Shown here piece after piece: positions 57,880 through 64,000 of a DNA stretch of 64,000 bases. Source of the stretch: Thermoplasmatota archaeon. GTDB lineage: Archaea > Thermoplasmatota > Penumbrarchaeia > Penumbrarchaeales > Penumbrarchaeaceae. Location of the stretch: contig JALOTP010000016.1 in the NCBI GenBank assembly GCA_025457865.1, positions 516 through 64,515 on the forward strand, given 5' to 3'. The stretch's first letter is position 1, and each line of letters starts with the position of its first letter. Under the pieces are notes generated by a model that worked only from the letters and a program-made list of their open reading frames with translations, was not told the DNA's origin and ran no database searches. The position numbers were made by a program, and so were the translations under genes.

Positions 57880-57975
57880 CCCACTGTGAAATCCGGGAGC
57901 AGTATGAATAGTTATGTCATTCTCCAAGGCTTAACAGAATGTACTGTGTACAAAAAAATGGGAGTGTTCATTGTG

Positions 57976-58203
57976 TTCACTTTCGAGGGGTTCGGTGAGT
58001 GCGATCCCAATTCCCCCGATTCGGATGATATCCCGGACGGGTATGAGATACTGTATGGTATCAAGGAACCGTTCCTTGATAGCGATGGTAACCTAATTAT
58101 AGACCCGACCACAGAAGATCCCGATAACGATCTTGATCCGAATGGTCGAGACATCGTGACAGGGATATTACCGGACGAGAACAATTATTTCGAGACCGTG
58201 ACC
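57976..58203 (+). pseudogene. Cassette C: a 76-codon stub of the same junction region (inside track ORF 57886..58224)
   Basis: It reads FTFEGFGECDPNSPDSDDIPDGYEILYGIKEPFLDSDGNLIIDPTTEDPDNDLDPNGRDIVTGILPDENNYFETVT. The last ~60 nt are nearly identical to cassette B at 52597-52660. Homology ends at 58203, and a stop follows at 58222-58224. Confidence 0.7.
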
Positions 58204-58247
58204 TGTTTCATTATGCATTTTTGAACCGGCGTCCTCAATAGTCCTCA

Positions 58248-61200
58248 TCACTCCTCGAAGTCCATGGGGTCGTACTCGTAACCGCACTCCGAGCAGTCCC
58301 TGGCCCCTCCGGGTACGACGTTGCTGCATTCTGGGCAGCTCCAGTCCTTGCCGAAGCCATCCTCTACGGTCCTGTCCTCTTTCCCTTTCTTTCTATAGAG
58401 TACCCCGAACACCAGAGCAGCGATGACAAGTACGATCAATAGGGCTATCAGCATGTAGAGGACGAAATCGGGTATCCTGCTCTCCCCATCGCTCTTGATC
58501 GGTTTGACCACCGAGATGGTAAGGGTCGTGGAGCGCGAGTCCGTCCCGTCAGAGACCGTCAGGGTGACTATATAGATGCCCTCCTCGTAGTAGATATGGT
58601 CCACCTTCTTGTCCACTGCTTCCTTCTGGACACCGTCCCGGTCATTGAAATCCCAGGAATAGGTCAATGTATCCCCATCAGGGTCGCTCGATAGGGAGGC
58701 ATCGAAGATGACAGGTTCCCCCGTCAGCACCGTAGCCGAGGGACCGTTGATGCTCGGGACGGGGGGGGAGTTCTGAACGTTAAGGACGAACACCTTCGTG
58801 GAATTGGTGAAGTTACCGTCCGAGGCCTCGAAGTAGTATAGATGCCTTCCCGGGGCCAATTTGATCCCCTGTGCTTTGAAGAATGTGAACCTGTTCACGA
58901 CGGGGGACACTTCGCCGCTGGTAAGGTCGTACGTTGTGGAGTTGTCCATGACCAGTTTAATGAACACAGGTGCCTCGTTGTCAAGGTCCCTGTACTCCAC
59001 CCGTACCATCCAGCCCTCAGGGTCATCGAGCTTGCTCCTGTACTCCTTGGTCTCTGCATGCTTCAGCTGCGGGATGGAATTGTCAAGGATGCCTATGGCA
59101 TACAGTCCGGTCCTCAGGTCCGAGAAATTGCCGTGTACCTTCTGGGAAGAGGCGTTCACACCGGAATCGGCGGCCATAACCCATTTGGATGCGCCGTCCA
59201 CAAGCCTGTAGAGCCGGACCTTCGATGTCTCCATCCTCACAGGGAACTCCTTGTCGGAGAACCCGATGGTAACATTCGCCCATTCGAACCTGTAGGCGGC
59301 GTAGCTGGGCCAGGGCTGGAACTCAAGGCGGCAGATGAATATGGAACCCTGCGCAGAAGGGGGATCGTCGGGAACGGATATATCGACGAGACCCCACCCT
59401 GACACCTCGGCTATCCCGTATGACATATGCACGTTCACGCCGTAGAAGTAATCCGTGAAATCCGGGTAGGTGACCCGTTTGAGCACGGTCACGTTGACCT
59501 GTGCCTCCCCGTACGCCCTCATCGTGTCATATACCCTCAGCACCAATGTCACCTTGCCCAGGGTATCGAGGGTGATGGTCGCGGTGGGTGAGGGTCCCTC
59601 AACTAGCGGCTGCAGGCTTCCCATGGCCGACCAGGAATAGATGAGGTCATCATCGTCAGGGTCGCTGGAGAGCGAGGCATTCAGGAATATGGGCTCGCCC
59701 GGGAACACGAGCAAGTTCAGACCAGGGGATGAGATGACAGCGGTAGGGCGGTCGTTGGAAGCCCCGATGGATAAGACCTCCCCCTGCCCCATGGAGATGT
59801 ACATGTTCCCTCCGGATAGGACCAGCTCACCCCTCGGTGCATCCTCGAGGGAAAGGGTCCAGGTCGGGACAGGGTTGCCTAGGTCGTTGGGGGAGAACGC
59901 CCGGACCGTCCTGGTGCCAGAACCGGTCACGATGTAGAACGAATCACCGCCTGATACCATCCTGCCCGTGCACGGTTCCAGGAGGGCGATCCTGCCGGAA
60001 ACGGTCCCGTTGTTGGGATGGATGAAGACCATGGATTCGGCTGTGGCGGTCGCTATCCTACCAGTTCCCATCGAGACCGCCGGAGGGGTGACCAATGGAA
60101 GGAGAAGGTCCACCGTCCAGATGAGGTCCCTGCTGGTCACGTTGTCCTTCACACCCTCGTCCTTGTCGCTGCTGTCTACGATCCCGTCACCGTTGTCATC
60201 AGGGGTGGCATCCAGCATGAACAGGACGCCTTGCGCCGATAGCAACAACCTGTCCTGCTGGAGGGATATGGAGCGTATAGGGTCTGTACCTATGAGCGTG
60301 GCCAGATCGGTGATGGTCCTGATCTCTGAGGTCGAAGGGTCAATACTAAAGAGCTGGGTCCCGTCGGCCAGGTAAAGCGACGCCGGGCCTGCGCACATGG
60401 GGGCGGCCACATCGAACGGCCCCAGCGTCCATGCGACCGCGCCAGTGTCATCGTCCAGGGCGCGCAGGATACCGTCCCTTGTCATGATCACCAGGTTTCC
60501 TGCGGTGATGAGGGGTGGTTGGGATAGAGGCCCGGAGAGGGCGGTCCTCCAGACGATGTCCGCATCCAGGGCGCCCGTTCCGGTCTCGGAAAGATATGGA
60601 CCGTCGTTCTTTCCGTCCCAGAACCCGGCCCAGTCGAAGGCCCATATCGCATTATCGCTTCCAAGGGAGAATACCCTGTTCGGTCCGTTCATCGTCTGGA
60701 AGCTCTCGACCAGGGCAACGGGCCTCCCTATCATGTCCACCGAGGGGTTGTCATAGGTCCATAATGGGCCAGGTACCCCAGTGGGTCCCGCTGTGGTATT
60801 GTAGGCGTGGAGCTCACCTCCGGGGCCTGTCAGGTAGAGCGTCGGTCCGGTCGCGGTGATGGTCCCGTTGCCCGAGAACGATCCGTACCACATAGGCTCC
60901 GCAGGCCCGGACCAGACCCCACCGAAATCGAATTTCCAGTAGGTCCTGTTGCTCTCCAGCCCCCTCAGGGCGCCTCCGGACCTATCGGCACCGCTCCCGG
61001 AGGAGGTCCAGTAACCGGACAGGACCTCCAGCAACATCACGTCGATGGTCCTGAAATTGTTGAACGGGTTGCGGTCCTTGGGAGAGCTGTCCTTGATCAT
61101 CGTAACGATGTAATCGAACCCCCTTGAAGCGGTCCAGTTGCACTTGACAAGGGTATTCCCGAACGGTTCGATCCTGATGTCCTCGAAGAGATCGAGCACC

Positions 61201-62702
61201 TTCTGGTTGGAATTGTTCAGGTTGGTGGCCTTGAACTCGATGGAAACGACCGCCGGGACCGTTGCATTGTTCTCAAGCTCGGCCGTGATGACAACCCTCT
61301 CTCCGAGGAAGGGGGCTGGGTCCGATATGGAAGCGGTCTTGATGGACGGATCGGGGGACCCGAAAGCATAGACCTTGCCCATGGAGCCCGCCGTATCCTC
61401 CCTGGCTATGTAGACCATGCCGCCGCCCACGGCCGCAGTCGATGTTATGGGCGAGCCGGTATTGAAGTACCAGTAGGGGCGGTCCTCGTCCGCAAGGTTA
61501 TCCTCGGTGGTCGAAAGACAGTAGATCTTTGAATCCCTGGAAGCGAATATCAGGGCAGAGTCCGCAAGGACCGGGGAGGACTCAGTTACTGGCTGGGTGA
61601 TATTGAACCTCCAGATGGGGCTGCCCGTCAGGGAGTTGAGAGCGACGGCGGAACCCCCTTCGAAAGGCCCCACCGAGTTCCTGCAGGTTATGTAAACGGT
61701 GCCGTCCCTATAAGCAGGCGAGGTCTGGATGGAGCGCTGCCCCTTGCCCACCACCTTGCTCCAAACGTTGGTACCGGTCGTAGCGTCAAGACAGAATACC
61801 AATCCGTTCTCCGTTCCGAAGAAGACATGCCCCTCGGCAAGCATCGGGTCCCCTATTATGGAATAGGGGTTGCTGAACATCCAGATGATATCGGCATCAC
61901 CGATGCTGGCATTCACTTCCGAGGTGTAGCTCCCATCGTTGCCGTCCTCGAACCCCTGGGAGTCAAGGCAGAAGAAGTTACCAGCACCATCGCTGGTATA
62001 GACCGATCCATCGTAATATGCGGGCGTCTCCCTGAACCCGTAGATGTTCTCGACGCCAGGGTTCATCTGGAAGGACCATGCTATGCCCTTGGTAGAGAGG
62101 TCTATCGCATAGAACCAGTGGCCTTTCAGGTCGTTTGCGATGGACCCTATGTACAATCTCCCTCCGGCTATTATGGGCGAGCTCTCGAAGTCCGAGGCGT
62201 TAAGGTCCAGCTCAAGGACCTTTGCCTTGTCCGATATCCTGTAACCGAAGAGATGGCCCCCTCTAGCTCCGAAATAGATGATGCCGTTGTCGATCGTCAC
62301 TGAGGACCTTATGAAATTATTGAGGGCCTTGACCTCCCACACCTTCTCGCCGGTGAGCATGTCGAAACCATGGACGGACCCGTCCCCGGAAGGTATGTAG
62401 AGCACTCCCTCATAGAGGACGGGCGAGGCCGTCGTCATGAGAGAGGGTATGTCCACGGTCCAGAGCGGGAGGGTGTTGTTGACCTTTGGGATCCTTGATG
62501 CCGATAGTCCGGTGTGGTTCAGGTTCCCCATGTACATGGGCCAGGCATCCTCGGGATTGATAAGCCCCCTGGTCGGCAGCATCGATGAAGAATGACCGCG
62601 GCCCCGTTCGGGAGCGATCGCATCCATGAGCGGGACCGTTCCGGTGGTCAGCAATACCATGAGCAGAGCTGTGCATAGGACAGAGGTCCGGATGTTCATC
62701 AT
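58248..62702 (-). CDS. Large surface protein: PQQ-like (BamB-type) beta-propeller repeats, two PKD domains, a C-terminal TM helix and a cytoplasmic zinc-ribbon tail
   Basis: It has a signal-like N-terminus and WPMYMGNLNHTGLS, typical of archaeal PQQ-repeat proteins. Repeated G.(L/V)(Y/F)....DG.(L/V).(A/C)(L/F)D..TG...W units are present. The PKD segments are NASLSSDPDDDDLIYSWS and FDASLSSDPDGDTLTYSWDFND...IVTLTVSDG. The helix is FVLYMLIALLIVLVIAALVFGVLY and the tail is WSCPECSNVVPGGARDCSECGYEYDP. Confidence 0.85.
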   Translation of the reverse strand: MMNIRTSVLCTALLMVLLTTGTVPLMDAIAPERGRGHSSSMLPTRGLINPEDAWPMYMGNLNHTGLSASRIPKVNNTLPLWTVDIPSLMTTASPVLYEGVLYIPSGDGSVHGFDMLTGEKVWEVKALNNFIRSSVTIDNGIIYFGARGGHLFGYRISDKAKVLELDLNASDFESSPIIAGGRLYIGSIANDLKGHWFYAIDLSTKGIAWSFQMNPGVENIYGFRETPAYYDGSVYTSDGAGNFFCLDSQGFEDGNDGSYTSEVNASIGDADIIWMFSNPYSIIGDPMLAEGHVFFGTENGLVFCLDATTGTNVWSKVVGKGQRSIQTSPAYRDGTVYITCRNSVGPFEGGSAVALNSLTGSPIWRFNITQPVTESSPVLADSALIFASRDSKIYCLSTTEDNLADEDRPYWYFNTGSPITSTAAVGGGMVYIAREDTAGSMGKVYAFGSPDPSIKTASISDPAPFLGERVVITAELENNATVPAVVSIEFKATNLNNSNQKVLDLFEDIRIEPFGNTLVKCNWTASRGFDYIVTMIKDSSPKDRNPFNNFRTIDVMLLEVLSGYWTSSGSGADRSGGALRGLESNRTYWKFDFGGVWSGPAEPMWYGSFSGNGTITATGPTLYLTGPGGELHAYNTTAGPTGVPGPLWTYDNPSVDMIGRPVALVESFQTMNGPNRVFSLGSDNAIWAFDWAGFWDGKNDGPYLSETGTGALDADIVWRTALSGPLSQPPLITAGNLVIMTRDGILRALDDDTGAVAWTLGPFDVAAPMCAGPASLYLADGTQLFSIDPSTSEIRTITDLATLIGTDPIRSISLQQDRLLLSAQGVLFMLDATPDDNGDGIVDSSDKDEGVKDNVTSRDLIWTVDLLLPLVTPPAVSMGTGRIATATAESMVFIHPNNGTVSGRIALLEPCTGRMVSGGDSFYIVTGSGTRTVRAFSPNDLGNPVPTWTLSLEDAPRGELVLSGGNMYISMGQGEVLSIGASNDRPTAVISSPGLNLLVFPGEPIFLNASLSSDPDDDDLIYSWSAMGSLQPLVEGPSPTATITLDTLGKVTLVLRVYDTMRAYGEAQVNVTVLKRVTYPDFTDYFYGVNVHMSYGIAEVSGWGLVDISVPDDPPSAQGSIFICRLEFQPWPSYAAYRFEWANVTIGFSDKEFPVRMETSKVRLYRLVDGASKWVMAADSGVNASSQKVHGNFSDLRTGLYAIGILDNSIPQLKHAETKEYRSKLDDPEGWMVRVEYRDLDNEAPVFIKLVMDNSTTYDLTSGEVSPVVNRFTFFKAQGIKLAPGRHLYYFEASDGNFTNSTKVFVLNVQNSPPVPSINGPSATVLTGEPVIFDASLSSDPDGDTLTYSWDFNDRDGVQKEAVDKKVDHIYYEEGIYIVTLTVSDGTDSRSTTLTISVVKPIKSDGESRIPDFVLYMLIALLIVLVIAALVFGVLYRKKGKEDRTVEDGFGKDWSCPECSNVVPGGARDCSECGYEYDPMDFEE

Positions 62703-62818
62703 ACTAGGTACCCCTTGATACAGACCTATAGCTGGCCTACCCGAACCTCTTTATTTAAACATTTTGCAGAGGGCGGAGCACATATGGAGGTCCGTAGGCA
62801 GATACTTAGCGGCGGACC

Positions 62819-64000
62819 TCATTGTTCATAGATGTCGCTGTCGGTCGGAAGCAGCACCTTGGTGAACCTTGAGAGGTCCTTCTCCAGTTCGGCCCTCTTG
62901 TCGCCGTGGACCAGGATGACCTCCTCCGCTCCCGACCCTTCCGCGAACCTAACAAGCTCGTCATGGCCCGCATGGGCCGAGAAATCGAACTGGCAAACCT
63001 CGCAATGGACCCGATGCATCTCACCTTCGATCTCTATGCTCCCCGTGTCCATCAGCGTCCGGCCGTTGGTATCCTCGACCTGGTACCCTGTGAGGAGTAT
63101 GGCGCTCCTCTTGTCGTTCTTCCTCTTCATCAGATAGTTCATGACAGGGCCGCCGTCGAGCATTCCCGAGGTGGTGACGACGATAGGGGCCTCCAGGGCC
63201 TTTTCCCTCTGAAGGGGGGTCTTGACGAAGTCCATGTTACCCACCGCCTTCCTTAGTGCACCCGGGTCCCTGATGCATTCCGGATGCTTCATATAGATCT
63301 GGGAGACGCGCCTCCCCATCCCGTCGAGCCACATCTCCTCATCAAGTTGGGAGAGGACCTGGATGACCTCCTGGGTCCTGCCTACTGCGAAGGCGGGTAT
63401 GATGACGGTCCCCTTTCTGTCGAGCACCTCCTCCACCTTGGATATGAACTCCTCCTCGACCTTCTTCCTTGGGGGGTGGGGCCTGCCTGCATAGGTGGAT
63501 TCCATGATGAGGGTCTGGCATTTTGGGGGTTGGGCCCTTTTCTGGAGCTGTGTATCAATGGTGTTTATGTCACCGGTGAAGACCAATTCCTTATTGGGCG
63601 TCTCTATTCGGTACATAGAGGAGCCCGGGATATGGCCCGCATGGAGAGGTTTGATGACGAGGTCGCCCAGGTGCGCCTTATCGCCGTGCCTGATGATGGT
63701 GCTCTCCTCTACGAAGCGCCTCACATCGCTCATATCGTAGGGGATGGCATAGTTCTCCAGCCTTGCGACCTTTATGCAGTCCTCCAGGAGAAGTGTGGAG
63801 ATCTCGAGCGTCAGCTCGGTGCCCCAGACAGATGTCCCGTACTCACCGCATAGCCAAGGGGCCATCCCGACATGGTCGAGATGGGAGTGGGTAATGAAGA
63901 GGGCGTCCGTGGGGGGGACCTTGAGGGGGTACCTCGGGGGTTTAGCTGGGGTGAGCCCGTAATCGAAAAGGTACCTGCCCTCATCGTTCTCGAGGAGCAT
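62819..64000 (-). CDS. Beta-CASP metallo-beta-lactamase ribonuclease (aCPSF2-like). Partial: the 5' end is probably beyond the window.
   Basis: It has the MBL motif THSHLDHVG and beta-CASP-type downstream motifs (ESTYAGR, AFAVGRTQE, FSAHAGHDEL, LVHGD). The ORF reaches the window edge. Confidence 0.85.
   Translation of the reverse strand: MLLENDEGRYLFDYGLTPAKPPRYPLKVPPTDALFITHSHLDHVGMAPWLCGEYGTSVWGTELTLEISTLLLEDCIKVARLENYAIPYDMSDVRRFVEESTIIRHGDKAHLGDLVIKPLHAGHIPGSSMYRIETPNKELVFTGDINTIDTQLQKRAQPPKCQTLIMESTYAGRPHPPRKKVEEEFISKVEEVLDRKGTVIIPAFAVGRTQEVIQVLSQLDEEMWLDGMGRRVSQIYMKHPECIRDPGALRKAVGNMDFVKTPLQREKALEAPIVVTTSGMLDGGPVMNYLMKRKNDKRSAILLTGYQVEDTNGRTLMDTGSIEIEGEMHRVHCEVCQFDFSAHAGHDELVRFAEGSGAEEVILVHGDKRAELEKDLSRFTKVLLPTDSDIYEQ

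Larger units (their letters stand above)
38382..58247. other. Lower-GC surface-protein island 2, between rps17e and the PQQ/PKD gene
   Basis: Hand-counted 60-nt lines gave 40% GC at 44221, 27% at 51241, 15% at 51901 and 23% at 57601, though 53% at 43081. Flanking core lines gave 57-58%. The right edge is sharp: the last homologous codon of stub C is at 58203, and the high-GC convergent gene stops at 58248. Confidence 0.6.

Noticed and set aside
38382-58247. Integrative mobile element or prophage explanation for island 2 (and for island 1)
   Set aside because: I found no integrase, transposase, tRNA attachment site, terminal repeats or phage genes. The content is exclusively surface proteins.

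Overview
The window looks like an archaeal chromosome segment, probably euryarchaeal or Thermoplasmatota-like. I infer this from the gene content only: an archaellum operon in the order arlB-arlCDE-arlF-arlG-arlH-arlI-arlJ, ribosomal protein S17e, an aIF2B-type MtnA and an aCPSF-like beta-CASP RNase. No search was possible. The core is high-GC (57-58% in the two 60-nt lines I hand-counted, at 20401 and 60001). It carries housekeeping, lipid and envelope genes: a metallophosphoesterase, hemerythrin, a Fap7-like kinase, a CDP-alcohol phosphatidyltransferase, a dolichol-kinase-family protein, AspA, MtnA, a PlsC-like acyltransferase, a TPR protein and S17e. It also carries several very large membrane-anchored surface proteins. 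Two lower-GC islands made only of surface-protein genes interrupt this core. Island 1 (1 to ~9.3 kb) is a tandem duplication of a two-gene cassette: a small secreted protein plus a ~1,300-aa SBBP/PKD protein. Island 2 (~38.4-58.2 kb) is the most unusual locus. It starts with a 4,366-aa secreted protein built from beta-helix, discoidin, CBM-like and thrombospondin-type-3 repeats, ending in an HExxH metzincin-like module. A tightly coupled, extremely AT-rich lipoprotein-like gene follows it. Next comes a 5'-truncated 1,648-aa copy of its C-terminal third, with its own different lipoprotein-like gene. A third 76-codon stub of the same junction closes the island. This layout resembles the orphan C-terminal cassette arrays of bacterial polymorphic-toxin or adhesin loci. 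Several genes show apparent frameshifts, one at a C6/G6 run, which could be assembly errors, pseudogenisation or phase variation. I recognised no rRNA, tRNA, CRISPR array, integrase or transposase. All family assignments come from motif recognition by eye and need HMM or structure searches.
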